Below, one piece after another: positions 21,761-34,505 of a stretch of DNA of 64,000 nucleotides (within the stretch, counting starts at the first letter, position 1; each line of letters starts with the position of its first letter). The DNA is taken from positions 640,001-704,000 of the forward strand of contig CAWBVY010000006.1 of assembly GCA_963792415.1 (NCBI GenBank), in the 5' to 3' direction. The notes below the pieces were generated by a model. The model had not been told where the DNA came from. It did no database searches and saw nothing but the letters and a program-made list of their open reading frames with translations. The position numbers and the translations under genes were made by a program. This DNA comes from Candidatus Deferrimicrobiaceae bacterium. GTDB lineage: Bacteria > Desulfobacterota > Deferrimicrobia > Deferrimicrobiales > Deferrimicrobiaceae.

Positions 21761-22618
21761 TCAGACGCTTCTCGCGACGAAGACCCGTCGCCCTTTTCCC
21801 CCCCCGCCGCCCGCCGCCAATTTTTCCCGCGCCTCCCGCGCGGCGCTCTCCGACGTGAAGAGGCCGAACACCGCCGATCCGCTTCCCGACAGCCCCGCCG
21901 CCGCCGCTCCCGCGGATGTCAACTCCCGCCGGATCGTGCCGATCTCCGGGCGCAAGGGGCCCCACGCCGCCTCGAAATCGTTCCGGACGATGGCCGCCAC
22001 TTCCGAAAAGGTCCGGAACGTCGGTACGGTACCACGGGGAGGAGGGGCGCCCGGTTCGCGCCCGAGCCGCGCGTACCCCTCCCGCGTCGAAAGCCCGAAG
22101 GCCGGGCGCACGATGACGGCGTGAAACGGAACGTTCCACGGAAGCGGGGTGAGCCGCTCGCCGATCCCCTCGACGAGCGCCGCGCCGCCCGGCAGGAAGA
22201 ACGGGACGTCCGCTCCGACGCGGATCGCCATCGCCAGCAACGCGTCCGGGGGAGGGTGCTTTCCGGTCAGGGCGATCAACCCTTTCAGCGCCGCAGCCGC
22301 GTCGGAACTTCCCCCGCCCAGCCCCGACTCGGCGGGGATCGCCTTCCGGATCCGGATCCGAACCCCGGGGGGGGTCCCCGCCCAGGCAAGAAAGAGGGCG
22401 GCGGCCTTGTGGCAACTGTTCGCGGAGTCGGTCGGGATCCCCGGCGTGTCGCATTCCACGCAGACCCCGGCGGGAGCCTCCTCGACCGTCACCTCGTCGT
22501 ACAGGGAGACCGGCACCATGACCGAACGGACGTGGTGGTATCCGTCGGGGCGTTTCCCGAACACCTGCAGGGAAAGATTCAGCTTGGCGGGAGCGAGGAA
22601 GGAGACGACGGAAGCCAT
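21761..22618 (-). CDS. ispE: 4-(cytidine 5'-diphospho)-2-C-methyl-D-erythritol kinase
   Basis: APAKLNL, RPDGYH, GLGGGSSDAA, GADVPFF and SGSGS. Confidence 0.96.
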   Translation of the reverse strand: MASVVSFLAPAKLNLSLQVFGKRPDGYHHVRSVMVPVSLYDEVTVEEAPAGVCVECDTPGIPTDSANSCHKAAALFLAWAGTPPGVRIRIRKAIPAESGLGGGSSDAAAALKGLIALTGKHPPPDALLAMAIRVGADVPFFLPGGAALVEGIGERLTPLPWNVPFHAVIVRPAFGLSTREGYARLGREPGAPPPRGTVPTFRTFSEVAAIVRNDFEAAWGPLRPEIGTIRRELTSAGAAAAGLSGSGSAVFGLFTSESAAREAREKLAAGGGGGKGRRVFVARSV

Positions 22619-22652
22619 CAAGGAGGGCCTTTTCAAACGTTGTTTTCAAATC

Positions 22653-22681
22653 AGGTTATACGCATAGCCACCACCTGTCAA
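22653..22681 (-). promoter_or_regulatory. Sigma70 promoter of the ispE operon
   Basis: TTGACA-N17-TAACCT. Confidence 0.6.
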
Positions 22682-22815
22682 GGGCAAGAAAAGGAAGAGG
22701 AAAAGCAGGGAACGATATAAATTACGATCGATACTCCGGGGCAAGAAAACCGTCCCGGTCCCTTCACTCCTCCCCCCTCCGCGGGCATCGCTTTGCGTCC
22801 GCAAAGGGGAGCCGA

Positions 22816-22872
22816 CCACACTCCCGTACGAAATACGCTCCCTGGGGTATCCCCGGTTCGACAAGAGGGGCA
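22816..22872 (+). repeat. Diverged copy of the intergenic ~62-bp repeat family
   Basis: ccacactcccgtacgaaatacgctccctggggtatcccc aligns with the copy at 53229 (cccacttccggatgaaatgcgctccctggggtaccctc) and with the reverse complement of the 54672-54795 units. Confidence 0.7.
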
Positions 22873-22894
22873 CGAGGCAGGGGGATCGCCTCGC

Positions 22895-25480
22895 CTACGA
22901 AGTCGAGCGGGAAAAGGCAAAGCCCGCTTCCGGGTCGACATCGACCGTCACCCGGTCCCCTTCGCGGAACTCCCCCTCGAGGATGCGCATCGCCAGGGGG
23001 TCCTCGACCCGCTTCTGGAGGGCCCGTCGCAGCGGCCGGGCCCCGTAGGCGGGATCGTAGCCGATCTCCGCGATCCGGATCTTCGCCGCGGGGGTGAGGG
23101 CGATCGCGATCTTCCTTTCCGCGAGCCGGTCGTTCAGTTCCCGCACCATGATGTCCACGATCCGGGAAAGCTCCTCCTTCCCGAGGGAGTGGAACAGGAC
23201 GATCTCGTCGAGCCGGTTCAGGAACTCGGGCCGGAAGACGCGGCGCAGTTCCTCCATCACGCGGTCGCGGATCACCTCTTCCCCCTTCCCCGCGAGCTCC
23301 TGGATCCAGTGGGAGCCGACGTTGGAGGTGAGGATGACCACGGCGTTGCGGAAGTCGACGGTCCGCCCCTGCCCGTCGGTCAGCCGGCCGTCCTCGAGGA
23401 CCTGCAAGAGGATATTGAAGACGTCGGGGTGCGCCTTCTCGATCTCGTCGAACAGGATCACCGCGTACGGCTTGCGGCGGATCGCCTCGGTGAGGGCCCC
23501 CCCCTCCTCGTATCCCACGTACCCCGGGGGGGCGCCGATCATCCGGGCAACCGAATGCTTCTCCATGTACTCCGACATGTCGAGGCGCACCATGGCGGCC
23601 TCGTCGTCGAACAGGAACTGCGCGAGGGCCCGCGCGAGCTCCGTCTTTCCGACGCCGGTCGGCCCGAGGAAGAGGAACGACCCGATCGGGCGGCGTGGAT
23701 CCTTCAGCCCGGACCGGGCGCGCCGCACCGCGCTGGCCACGAGCCCGACCGCCTCCCCCTGGCCCACCACCCTCGCGGAAAGGCGCTCCTCCATTCTGAG
23801 AAGCTTCTGCACCTCCCCCTCGACCAGCCGGGATACGGGGATCCCCGTCCACCGGGAGACGATCTGCGCCACGTCCTCCTCGTCGACCTCCTCCTTGAGA
23901 AGACGGTCCTTCGAGCCCTCCGCCGCCCGCGACGCCCCCTCGACCTGCTTCCGCAGGGCGGGGAGGACGCCGTACTTCAGTTGAGACGCCTTCTCCAGGT
24001 TCCCCTCCCTCTCCGCCCGCTGCATCTCCTGGAGGGTCTGCTCGATCCGCTCCTTCACCCCCCGGTGCCCCGCGATCTCCCGCTTCTCCTCCTCCCACCG
24101 CCCGCGCAACCCGGTGATCTTCACGGAAAGCTCCGACAGCTCCGACTCGATCCCCGAGAGCCGCTCCCGCGACCCCGGGTCGGTCTCCTTCAGCAGCGCC
24201 TGCCGCTCGATCTCGAGCTGGGTCCTGCGGCGCTCCACCTCGTCGATCTCCGTGGGAACGGAGTCGATCTCGATCTTCAGGCGGGACGCCGCCTCGTCCA
24301 CCAGGTCGATCGCCTTGTCGGGGAGGAACCGGTCGGAAATGTACCGGTGGGACAAGGTGGCAGCGGCGATCAGGGCGGAATCCTTGATCCGCACGCCGTG
24401 GTGCACCTCGTAGCGGCCTTTGAGCCCCCGCAGAATGGCGATCGTGTCCTCCACGGACGGCTCGCCCACCGGGACCGGCTGGAACCGCCGCTCCAGCGCC
24501 GCGTCCTTCTCCACGTACTTTCGATATTCGTCGAGGGTGGTCGCGCCGACGCACCGCAACTCCCCCCGCGCCAGGGCCGGCTTCAGCATGTTGGAGGCGT
24601 CCATCGCCCCCTCCGCCTTCCCCGCGCCCACGAGGGTATGCAGTTCGTCGATGAAGAGGATCACCTTCCCCTCGGCGGCGGCGATCTCCTTCAGGACCGC
24701 CTTCAACCGGTCCTCGAACTCCCCCCGGTACTTCGCGCCGGCGATGAGGGCCCCCAGATCGAGGGAGAGGACCCGCTTCTCCTTCAGCCCCTCCGGGACG
24801 TCCCCCGCCACCACCCGCTGGGCGAGCCCCTCCGCGATCGCGGTCTTACCGACGCCGGGTTCGCCGATGAGTACAGGGTTGTTCTTGGTGCGGCGGGACA
24901 GGACCTGGATCACGCGGCGGATCTCGTCGTCCCGCCCGATCACCGGGTCGAGCCTGTCGCGCCGGGCCGCGTCGGTCAGGTCGCGGCAATACTTTTCGAG
25001 GGCCTGGTACTTCGCCTCGGGGTTCTCGTCGGTGATCCGCTGGGTGCCGCGGATGGCCGTAAGCGCGGAGAGAAGCGCCTCGCGCGTCAATCCGTGTTTC
25101 CGCAGGAGGTCGGCCACCTTCCCGGGCTCGGACGCGAAGGCGAGGAGGAAGTGCTCGGCGGAGAGGAATTCGTCCCTGAACGCGTCCGCTTCGGAGAGGG
25201 CGCGCCGGAACAGCGGTTCGAGGCGGGGCGACAGACCCCGGGTCACGACCCCGGACACCTTCGGCTGCGACGCAAGCATCTCCTCGGTCTCGGAAAGCAA
25301 CCGTTGGGGGGAGACCCCGGTGCGGGCGAGGAGTTCTCCCATGACGCCGCCTTCCTGGCGCAGGAACGCGCAGAGGAGGTGCTCCCCCCCCACCTCGGCG
25401 TGGCTACGCTCCGAGGCGAGACGCACGGCGTCCTGCAACGCTTCCTGGGACTTCACGGTGAGCTTGTCGAGGGAGATCAT
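22895..25480 (-). CDS. clpB: Chaperone/disaggregase ClpB
   Basis: Two AAA+ modules ([16 protein letters not shown]), [10 protein letters not shown], coiled-coil M-domain and [11 protein letters not shown]. Confidence 0.97.
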   Translation of the reverse strand: MISLDKLTVKSQEALQDAVRLASERSHAEVGGEHLLCAFLRQEGGVMGELLARTGVSPQRLLSETEEMLASQPKVSGVVTRGLSPRLEPLFRRALSEADAFRDEFLSAEHFLLAFASEPGKVADLLRKHGLTREALLSALTAIRGTQRITDENPEAKYQALEKYCRDLTDAARRDRLDPVIGRDDEIRRVIQVLSRRTKNNPVLIGEPGVGKTAIAEGLAQRVVAGDVPEGLKEKRVLSLDLGALIAGAKYRGEFEDRLKAVLKEIAAAEGKVILFIDELHTLVGAGKAEGAMDASNMLKPALARGELRCVGATTLDEYRKYVEKDAALERRFQPVPVGEPSVEDTIAILRGLKGRYEVHHGVRIKDSALIAAATLSHRYISDRFLPDKAIDLVDEAASRLKIEIDSVPTEIDEVERRRTQLEIERQALLKETDPGSRERLSGIESELSELSVKITGLRGRWEEEKREIAGHRGVKERIEQTLQEMQRAEREGNLEKASQLKYGVLPALRKQVEGASRAAEGSKDRLLKEEVDEEDVAQIVSRWTGIPVSRLVEGEVQKLLRMEERLSARVVGQGEAVGLVASAVRRARSGLKDPRRPIGSFLFLGPTGVGKTELARALAQFLFDDEAAMVRLDMSEYMEKHSVARMIGAPPGYVGYEEGGALTEAIRRKPYAVILFDEIEKAHPDVFNILLQVLEDGRLTDGQGRTVDFRNAVVILTSNVGSHWIQELAGKGEEVIRDRVMEELRRVFRPEFLNRLDEIVLFHSLGKEELSRIVDIMVRELNDRLAERKIAIALTPAAKIRIAEIGYDPAYGARPLRRALQKRVEDPLAMRILEGEFREGDRVTVDVDPEAGFAFSRSTS

Positions 25481-25519
25481 CGTCGCCTCCACGGACGGAA
25501 GGGTGTCGACGGAAAGGGA

Positions 25520-25551
25520 GGGGGCGCCCGCGGCACTGCGCGGACGCCCCC
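25520..25551. terminator. GC-rich hairpin between degP and clpB
   Basis: gggggcg-c-ccgcg...cgcgg-a-cgccccc inverted repeat, no strong U tail. Confidence 0.35.
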
Positions 25552-25566
25552 GGTTGCGCGTTTTTC

Positions 25567-27042
25567 CTACTTGGTTTTCACCGTCAGGAGGATGCGGGCG
25601 TCGCCCCGCTCCACCAGAAAGAGCACCGCCTTGTCCGATTCGAACTTCTTCGCGAGCTTGCCGAACTCGGCCGCGTTGGTCACGGGGATCCGCTTGTCCT
25701 GCCGCAGGATCGCCCGGATGACGTCCCCCTCGTTGAAGCCGGCATCTTCCGCCGGACTGCCGTCCTCCACCCCGGTCACCACCACGCCCTTCGTGTTCTC
25801 TGTTTCGAGACGCTGCGCGATCTCGGGGGTGATGTCCTGGACCGTGAGCCCGAGGTTCTTCGTGGAGAGATCATGCCCCCCGGCCAGCTTCCCGGGCTCC
25901 CCCGCCATCTCGGCGATCGTCACCGGGACGGCCGTCTCCTTCCCTCCACGGATCAGACGCACGTCCACGGTCTTCCCCGGCTTCGTCAAGGCCACGACCT
26001 GCGGCAGTTCGTGCTCGTCCCTGATCTCCTTCCCGTCGAACCCCACGATCACGTCGCCGGAGCGGATCCCCGCCTTTTCCGCCGGTCCGCCCGAGGTCAC
26101 GTCGGACACCAGCGCCCCGCGCCGGTCGGAAATCCCCAGGCTCTCGGCCGCATCGGGGGTAAGCGGCTGGATGTAGACCCCGAGCCACCCGCGCGTCACC
26201 TTCCCCTTCTCCTTCAACTGGTCGAGAACCGACTTGGCGAGCTGGATCGGCGTCGCGAACCCGATCCCCTGCCCGCCCTGGATGATCGCCGTGTTGATCC
26301 CGACGACCTCGCCCTTCAGGTCGAAGAGGGGGCCGCCCGAGTTCCCCGGGTTGATCGAGGCGTCGGTCTGGATGAAGTCGTCGTACGGACCGGACCCGAT
26401 GATCCGCCCCTTGGCGCCTACGATCCCCGCCGTCACGGTGTGGCCGAGCCCGAACGGGTTCCCGATCGCCACGACCCACTCTCCCACTTCGAGCTTGTCG
26501 GAGTTGCCCAGCACCACGTAGGTGAGCTTTTTCTTCGCGTCGATCTTGATCAGGGCGATGTCGATCTTCGGGTCGGTCCCGATGACCTTCGCCTTGAACT
26601 GCTCCTTGTCGAGGAGGGTGACCGTCACCTCGTCGGCCTTCTCCACCACGTGGTTGTTCGTGAGGATGTAGCCGTCTTGGGAGACGATGAACCCGGATCC
26701 GAGCGACCTGCGCTTCTGCTCCTTCGGCATGCGTCCGAAGAAGTTGTTGAAGAACTCGTCGAACGGGTCCTGCCGGCCGAACGGGTTGCGCATCTGGGGG
26801 TGGTTGAACTTCATCACCTGGGTGGTGGAGATGTTGACCACCGCCGGCGAGACCTCCTTGAAGAGTTGCGGTATGTCCACGGGGAGCATCCGCATCCCCG
26901 ACGCAGTGGGGACCACCGCCGGCTTCTCCTTGTCGCCCAGCAATGCCCGTGCGATCGGGGAGACGTTGAACCCGGCCGACAGTACGATCCCGGCGGCTAC
27001 CGCCGCGAGAACGAGGACAACAACCTTGCTTTTGCGGATCAC
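25567..27042 (-). CDS. degP: Do/DegP-DegQ family periplasmic serine protease with 2 PDZ domains
   Basis: TNNHVV, DIAL and GNSGG catalytic triad motifs, signal sequence, two PDZ repeats. Confidence 0.93.
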   Translation of the reverse strand: MIRKSKVVVLVLAAVAAGIVLSAGFNVSPIARALLGDKEKPAVVPTASGMRMLPVDIPQLFKEVSPAVVNISTTQVMKFNHPQMRNPFGRQDPFDEFFNNFFGRMPKEQKRRSLGSGFIVSQDGYILTNNHVVEKADEVTVTLLDKEQFKAKVIGTDPKIDIALIKIDAKKKLTYVVLGNSDKLEVGEWVVAIGNPFGLGHTVTAGIVGAKGRIIGSGPYDDFIQTDASINPGNSGGPLFDLKGEVVGINTAIIQGGQGIGFATPIQLAKSVLDQLKEKGKVTRGWLGVYIQPLTPDAAESLGISDRRGALVSDVTSGGPAEKAGIRSGDVIVGFDGKEIRDEHELPQVVALTKPGKTVDVRLIRGGKETAVPVTIAEMAGEPGKLAGGHDLSTKNLGLTVQDITPEIAQRLETENTKGVVVTGVEDGSPAEDAGFNEGDVIRAILRQDKRIPVTNAAEFGKLAKKFESDKAVLFLVERGDARILLTVKTK

Positions 27043-27599
27043 CGTTGCTCTCCTCCCTGGATGCGCCCCCCGGGGGGCGCGTTGATCATCGCCATGTACG
27101 CCATCCGGAGGTGGTACAGCCCCTCGCGGAGGATCTCTTCCTCTTCCTTCGTCAGGTTCCCCTTCGTCTTCTCCTGCAGGATCCCGAGGAGGTCGATCGC
27201 GTCCTTCGCCGCCGGCAGGTCGACCGGGGGGCGTTTCCCGTCAGGCCCCTGGAGCATGCCGAGACCGACCATCGCTCCCATCTGCAGGGACTGCACGAGG
27301 TCGAGGAAGCGCGGAACACCGAGGGCGGACGCGCCTCCCTGCGCGCTGCCCTTCTCCCCTTGGACACCCGCACCCGGTGGAAGGTTCCCCTCCGTAGCCC
27401 CGACCGGTGGTATACCCGGATTTTGCGGCGAAGGAGGGCTTCCCCCCGGGACGGCGCCAGAGGGCTCGCCCTCCGAAGCCGCCGATGGAGGGTTCTCTTT
27501 GAGAGGCGGCGAAGGAGGGGGAGAAGGCGGATCCGGCGTGGTTTCGACGCCCCTCCGGTCGATCACCTTGAATCCCTTGTCGTCTTTTTCTTCCGGCAT
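27039..27599 (-). CDS. DUF1844 family protein with a Pro-rich N-terminus
   Basis: GFKVIDRR N-terminus and 'DLPAAKDAIDLLGILQEKTKGNLTKEE...LYHLRMAY'. Overlaps both neighbours. Confidence 0.85.
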   Translation of the reverse strand: MPEEKDDKGFKVIDRRGVETTPDPPSPPPSPPLKENPPSAASEGEPSGAVPGGSPPSPQNPGIPPVGATEGNLPPGAGVQGEKGSAQGGASALGVPRFLDLVQSLQMGAMVGLGMLQGPDGKRPPVDLPAAKDAIDLLGILQEKTKGNLTKEEEEILREGLYHLRMAYMAMINAPPGGRIQGGEQR

Positions 27600-29869
27600 C
27601 AGACGGCCACCTTCTGCGTGATGAGGACCACCTCCCCGTCGACCTCCTCGACGAGGAAGTGGTCGGACTCCTTCCACTTCAACGTGACGGGCACCTTGAC
27701 CTTCTCGTCGATCGCGCGCTTGAGGAACCGCGCGCCGTACTTTACGGAGAACCCCGCCCGGGCCAGGGCAACGACGGCCGCGTCGGAGACGACCAGCGTC
27801 TTCCGGTGCGCCGCCATCCTCTTCCGGATCGTGTCGATGTACAGCTCGGCGATCCGCCGTACCTCGTCGATGGAGAGGGGCGCGAAGACGACGACATCGT
27901 CGAGGCGGTTGATGAACTCCGGCGAGAACCGGTTCTCCGCCGCTTTCAGCACAGCCTTGCGGACCGGCTCGAAATCGACGGACCCCGGCCCGAACCCCAT
28001 CGGCCGGGTGAGCTTCGACAGCTCCTCCGCCCCGAGGTTGCTCGTCATGATGATGATCGTGTCGGAGAAGTAGACCTTCTTCCCGCGCCCGTCGGTCAGC
28101 CACCCCTCGTCGAACGCCTGGAGAAAGAGGTTGTGCACGTAGGTGTCGGCCTTCTCGATCTCGTCGAGCAGGACCACGGAGTACGGGTTGTCCCTCACCT
28201 GGTTCGTCAGGATCCCCCCGCGCTCGGACCCGACGATCCCGCGCGGCATCCCGATCAGCTTGTCGACCGCGAGCGCGCCGTCGCGGTACTCGGACATGTC
28301 GACGCGGATCATCTGCCGCTCGTCGCCGAAGAGATACTCCGCCAGCGCCCTGGCCATCTCCGTCTTGCCGACGCCCGTGGGCCCCAGGAAGAGCAGCACG
28401 CCGTCCGGCCGGTAGATGTTCGCCTTGAGGGGACCCTTGTTCATGCGCAGCGACCTGGCCACCGAGGCGATCGCCTCCTTCTGCCCCACCAGCCGAAGGG
28501 AGATCCTCTCCTCGATGTCCCTGAACCGCTCCCCCACGTCCCGGAGAAGGATGTCCGGCGGGTTCTTCGTCTCGGTCGCGATCACGTCGAGCACGTCCTT
28601 CCCCGTGACGGTCTTTCCCGCGTCGCCCCGGATCTCGACGCGGACGCACGCGGTGTCGAGCCAGTTGATCACCTTGTCGGGGAGGCGCAGGGAACGGGCG
28701 TACCGGTCGGACATGGAGAGGGCGAAGTCGATCGCCTCGTCCAGGATCTCCACCCCGTAGTTCGCCTCGAGGCGAGGCTTGAGGCCCATGAGGATCTCCC
28801 GCGTCTCCTCGAGGGTCGGCTCCCCGATCTTCACCACCCGGAACCGCCGGGAAAGCGCCTCGTCCTCCTGGAGGATCTCCTTGTACTCCGTGGCCGTCGT
28901 GGCGCCGATCATCTGGACCTCGCCGCGGGCCAGTGCCGACTTGAAGATGTTCGCCGCATCCGAGGGGACGCCCATGGCGGACCCCGCGCCGACGAGGGTG
29001 TGCGCCTCGTCGATGAAGAGGATGAGGTTCTTCCGCTCCTTGACCTCGGCGATCACCTTCTCGATCCGGTCCTCGAACATCCCGCGGAAGACGGTCCCCG
29101 CCACGACCGTGTTCATCTGGAGGTTGACCACGTGGTGCCCCCGGAGCCGCTCCGGCACCCGGTGCGGTTCGTACTCGAGTCGCATCGCGAGTCCCTCGAC
29201 GACGGCGGTCTTCCCGACCCCCGGGTCCCCGAGGATCATCACCGAGTTGGAACGGTCCTTGTGGCAGAGGTATTCGAGGATCCGGTCGATCTCCGGGTCA
29301 CGTCCGATGATCGGGGGAATCTTCCCTTCCCGGGCAAGGAGGTTCAGGTTGACTCCGAAGGTCCGAAGGTTCGCCGGGAGTTCGTACCGCTTGCGGAACT
29401 CCTCGACCTTCTCCTCCCGGGTCCGCAGCTGCGCGGCGAACCGGGAGAGCGCGACGGACGGGTCGACGCCGTAGTTCTTGAGGATCCGCGCCGGGATGGA
29501 GTGGACCTCGTGGAAGATGCCGAGGAACAGGTCGGAGGCGTCGATCTGGGTGCGGCGGTTCCGCTGCGCCGTCTCCCACGCGACGCGGAAGACCTGCTTG
29601 GTCGCCGGGGGAACCTTCAGCCCGACCCCCAGGTACTGCCGGGAGATGTTCAGATGCTCCGCGAGAGAGAAGAGGACGGCCTCGACGTTGAGCCCGATCG
29701 CCGCCATCAGCTCCTGGAACATCGTCTTCTCCTGGTCGGCGAAGGCGATGAAGAGGTGCTCGAGACCGAGATAGTAGTGGTGCCGCCGCTGCGACTCCTC
29801 GATCGAGGAGTTCAGCATCCGGTGCCCGGACTCGGAGAGCTTTTCCCGGTAGAACGAGATCTCCATCAT
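27599..29869 (-). CDS. ClpA/ClpC-like ATP-dependent Clp protease ATPase, divergent and without an M-domain
   Basis: Clp N-repeats (LGLEHL), [32 protein letters not shown] and an 'MGF' putative ClpP-docking loop. Confidence 0.9.
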   Translation of the reverse strand: MMEISFYREKLSESGHRMLNSSIEESQRRHHYYLGLEHLFIAFADQEKTMFQELMAAIGLNVEAVLFSLAEHLNISRQYLGVGLKVPPATKQVFRVAWETAQRNRRTQIDASDLFLGIFHEVHSIPARILKNYGVDPSVALSRFAAQLRTREEKVEEFRKRYELPANLRTFGVNLNLLAREGKIPPIIGRDPEIDRILEYLCHKDRSNSVMILGDPGVGKTAVVEGLAMRLEYEPHRVPERLRGHHVVNLQMNTVVAGTVFRGMFEDRIEKVIAEVKERKNLILFIDEAHTLVGAGSAMGVPSDAANIFKSALARGEVQMIGATTATEYKEILQEDEALSRRFRVVKIGEPTLEETREILMGLKPRLEANYGVEILDEAIDFALSMSDRYARSLRLPDKVINWLDTACVRVEIRGDAGKTVTGKDVLDVIATETKNPPDILLRDVGERFRDIEERISLRLVGQKEAIASVARSLRMNKGPLKANIYRPDGVLLFLGPTGVGKTEMARALAEYLFGDERQMIRVDMSEYRDGALAVDKLIGMPRGIVGSERGGILTNQVRDNPYSVVLLDEIEKADTYVHNLFLQAFDEGWLTDGRGKKVYFSDTIIIMTSNLGAEELSKLTRPMGFGPGSVDFEPVRKAVLKAAENRFSPEFINRLDDVVVFAPLSIDEVRRIAELYIDTIRKRMAAHRKTLVVSDAAVVALARAGFSVKYGARFLKRAIDEKVKVPVTLKWKESDHFLVEEVDGEVVLITQKVAV

Positions 29870-30720
29870 AAAGTCGTCCGCCCCCGCATCGCCATCAGGC
29901 GCTCGACCCGTTTCTCCACCGGCGGGTGGGTGCTGAAAAGGCTCTTGAGACCGCCGCCGGTCAGCGGGCTCATGATGAACATGTGGGCCGTAGCGGGAGA
30001 CGCCTGCATCGGCACCTGCCGGGACCAACCCGAGATCTTTTCGAGGGCGTGCGCGAGCGCCTCGGGCTTCCCGCAGAAGCGGGCCCCGGTCTCGTCGGCC
30101 AGGTATTCGCGGGATCGGGAGACGGCCATCTGCACCATCATCGCCCCGAGGGGCGCGAGAATCGCCATCGCCAGGAGCTGCAGCCCCCCGCCTCCCTCGC
30201 GGTCGTCACGCCCGCCGCCGAAGATCGCGGCAAAGCGCGCCATGTTGGCCAGCATCATGATCGCCCCGGCCAGGGTGGCCGCCACGGTGCCGATCAGGAT
30301 GTCCCGGTTCCGCACGTGCGCCATCTCGTGGGCCAGCACGCCTTCCAGCTCGTCCGGCGAGAGCGCCCGCAGGATCCCCTCGGTCACCGCCACCGCCGCG
30401 TGGGCCGGGTCGCGACCCGTCGCGAAGGCGTTGGGCGACTCCTGGGGGATGACGTACACCTTGGGCATCGGCACCCCGGCCGCCAGCGCGAGCCGGCGGA
30501 CCATCCCGTGGAGCTGCGGTGAATCGGCTTCCGTCACCTCCCGCGCCTTGTACATCCGCAGGACGATCTTGTCGGAAAACCAGTACGACCCGACGTTCAT
30601 CACGACCGCCAGGCCGAAGGCGAAGAGCATCCCGGATTGTCCCCCGATCGCCTTCCCCACGAGCACGAACAGGACCGTGAGGACCGCCAGCAAAAACGTC
30701 GTCTTCAATGTGTTGCCCAT
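29866..30720 (-). CDS. htpX: Zinc metalloprotease HtpX
   Basis: [21 protein letters not shown] and FSTHPP. Confidence 0.96.
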   Translation of the reverse strand: MGNTLKTTFLLAVLTVLFVLVGKAIGGQSGMLFAFGLAVVMNVGSYWFSDKIVLRMYKAREVTEADSPQLHGMVRRLALAAGVPMPKVYVIPQESPNAFATGRDPAHAAVAVTEGILRALSPDELEGVLAHEMAHVRNRDILIGTVAATLAGAIMMLANMARFAAIFGGGRDDREGGGGLQLLAMAILAPLGAMMVQMAVSRSREYLADETGARFCGKPEALAHALEKISGWSRQVPMQASPATAHMFIMSPLTGGGLKSLFSTHPPVEKRVERLMAMRGRTTL

Positions 30721-30768
30721 GGTTCCCCCGTTACTCCCTTACCGCATATTGATTCCATTATAGACGTT

Positions 30769-31752
30769 TCAGTTCCAATGCTCCCGGGGATCCTTCCCCT
30801 CGAATCCGGCAATGCGGTCGACGAGCCGGAGGAACTCCTCCGGCCTTTCCGACGGGACGACGACCTGGAGAACGACGTACTGGTCTCCCCGTTCGGCCGT
30901 GCCGGGGGTCGGGACACCGCGTCCCTTGAGCCGCAGCTTCCTTCCGCTGGAGGAGCCGGGGGGGATCGTCACGGTGACCGGCCCGTCGATGGTCGGCACC
31001 TCGATCTTTCCCCCCTTGACCGCTTCCGAGAAGCGGATCGGGGCATCGAGGAGGATGTCGTTCCCCTCCCGGCGGAAGTACGGGTGCGCCAGCATCCGCA
31101 ACTCGACCTGCAGGTCGCCGCTTTCCGCCGGAGCCGCCCGCTCCTCCCCCTTTGAAGGGACGCGGATCGTGGCGCCGTCCCTCGCCCCTGCCGGGATGCG
31201 GATCTTGACGCGCTCCTCGGATTCCGTCACCCCGCGCCCGTAGCATGCCGGGCATCCCCGGCGCCCGGCGCGGCCGGTTCCCCCGCACTGCCCGCAGACG
31301 CGGGGGCGGGGATACCGGATCTCGCGGACCGCCCCCCGGACCATGTCGAGGAAGTCGACGGACAACTCGACCCGGATGTCGTTCCCCCGTCCGGGATGCG
31401 AGAAACGCCCGCCGCCGCCGCGAAGCACGTCCCCGAACAGATCCCCGAGGTCGAACGACTCCGCCCGGAACCCCCCCGGGGGGGGACCCGCGCCGCCGAA
31501 CGGCCCGGCACCGTGGAAACCTCCCGCGAACCCTCCCCGGCGGATGGCGTCGTACTCCCCCCGCTTCTTCCGGTCGCTCAGGACCTCGTGGGCCTCGTTC
31601 GCCTCCTTGAAGCGCGTCTCCGCCGCCTTGTCGCCGGGATTGACGTCCGGATGGTGCTTCTTCGCGAGCCGGCGGAACGCTTTACGGATCTCCTCCGCCG
31701 AGGCGCCTTCCGGGACCCCCAGGATCTTGTAATAGTCCTTCTTCGGGTCCAT
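30769..31752 (-). CDS. DnaJ-family co-chaperone with only two CxxCxGxG repeats
   Basis: J-domain with HPD, G/F-rich region, CGQCGGTG and CPACYGRG, DnaJ C-terminal domain. Confidence 0.92.
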   Translation of the reverse strand: MDPKKDYYKILGVPEGASAEEIRKAFRRLAKKHHPDVNPGDKAAETRFKEANEAHEVLSDRKKRGEYDAIRRGGFAGGFHGAGPFGGAGPPPGGFRAESFDLGDLFGDVLRGGGGRFSHPGRGNDIRVELSVDFLDMVRGAVREIRYPRPRVCGQCGGTGRAGRRGCPACYGRGVTESEERVKIRIPAGARDGATIRVPSKGEERAAPAESGDLQVELRMLAHPYFRREGNDILLDAPIRFSEAVKGGKIEVPTIDGPVTVTIPPGSSSGRKLRLKGRGVPTPGTAERGDQYVVLQVVVPSERPEEFLRLVDRIAGFEGKDPREHWN

Positions 31753-31822
31753 CAGGCTCTCCAGACGCCGCGGCCGGGCCCCCCGGGGCGAATCCCCGGG
31801 AGAACCCGGCCGACGCGCGCCG

Positions 31823-32275
31823 TCACTTCACGGCAACGGTGATCTGCTTCGGCTTCGCCTGCTCCCGCTTCCCGAGGCGCACCTCGAGGATCCCGTCCTT
31901 CATCTCCGCCTTGACCTTTTCCGCGTCCACGGTTCCCGGGAGGGCGAAGGACCGGTGGAAGGCGCCGTAGGTGCGCTCCACCCGGTGGTAGTTCTCCTCC
32001 TTGACCTCCCGCTCGAACTTCCGCTCGCCGTGCAGCGTCAGCACGCCGTTCTCGACCTCGACGCGGATCTGGTCCTTCGCAAGCCCCGGGACCTCGGCCT
32101 TGACGATGATCTCGTCGGCGGTCTCGAAGATGTCCACGGCGGGAGACCACGTCCCGACCCCCGGCTGCTCGCCGCGGTACAGCGGCGACCCGAAGGTCTC
32201 CTCGAACACCCGGTTCATCCGGTTCTGCAGCGACGACAACTCCTTCATCGGGTCCCAAAACCGTACGATCGCCAT
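31823..32275 (-). CDS. Hsp20/alpha-crystallin small heat-shock protein
   Basis: [27 protein letters not shown] and DGILEV; C-terminal ITV. Confidence 0.96.
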   Translation of the reverse strand: MAIVRFWDPMKELSSLQNRMNRVFEETFGSPLYRGEQPGVGTWSPAVDIFETADEIIVKAEVPGLAKDQIRVEVENGVLTLHGERKFEREVKEENYHRVERTYGAFHRSFALPGTVDAEKVKAEMKDGILEVRLGKREQAKPKQITVAVK

Positions 32276-32340
32276 GGTCCTCCTCCTCTCCCCCGCCGCC
32301 GGATGGCCGCCGGGGCGGGCCTCGTTGGTATCATACCCGC

Positions 32341-34248
<1,908 letters not shown>

Positions 34249-34328
34249 CTTCGTTGCTCCTTCCCCGTGTTTTTTCCAGTAAAGCGTTTTCCAACGTCAC
34301 GGCATTGCATCCCTTGTGACCTGAAATG

Positions 34329-34346
34329 AAACAAGTCCCGTGCCAA
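34329..34346 (-). promoter_or_regulatory. Sigma54 (-24/-12) promoter of the dnaK cluster
   Basis: Minus strand TTGGCACGGGACTTGTT against consensus TGGCAC-N5-TTGC; one mismatch at -12. Confidence 0.7.
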
Positions 34347-34368
34347 CGGCCGCAACGCCGATGGATTC

Positions 34369-34381
34369 ATTCAAGCACTTG
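34369..34381 (+). promoter_or_regulatory. Putative IHF site
   Basis: ATTCAAGCACTTG against WATCAANNNNTTR (1 mismatch), in AT-rich DNA between the enhancer and the sigma54 promoter. Confidence 0.45.
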
Positions 34382-34441
34382 TTCTTATAGGAGAAAAATT
34401 AGATGCGGTTCCCATCTCCCGTTGGAGCTGCAGCGGAGCCA

Positions 34442-34478
34442 GTGTCATTATGACACACATCCAATGCCGTGTTGGCAT
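34442..34478. promoter_or_regulatory. Tandem palindromic enhancer (UAS) sites for a sigma54 activator
   Basis: GTGTCAttaTGACAC (34442-34456) and ATGCCGtgtTGGCAT (34464-34478), 22 bp centre to centre. Confidence 0.6.
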
Positions 34479-34505
34479 ACCGGCGCAGGGAGGGGAGACG
34501 GTGCG

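Noticed and set aside
22793-26176. Very long antisense or alternate-frame ORFs (e.g. 22793..26176, 27659..30763, 41583..44705, 31955..33823)
   Set aside because: They mirror well-conserved genes on the other strand or frame. They are expected from high GC3 and scarce stop codons, and show no recognisable motifs.
34249-34505. CIRCE, HAIR or sigma32 elements upstream of dnaK
   Set aside because: No TTAGCACTC-N9-GAGTGCTAA or convincing alternative was seen. The sigma54 layout explains the region.
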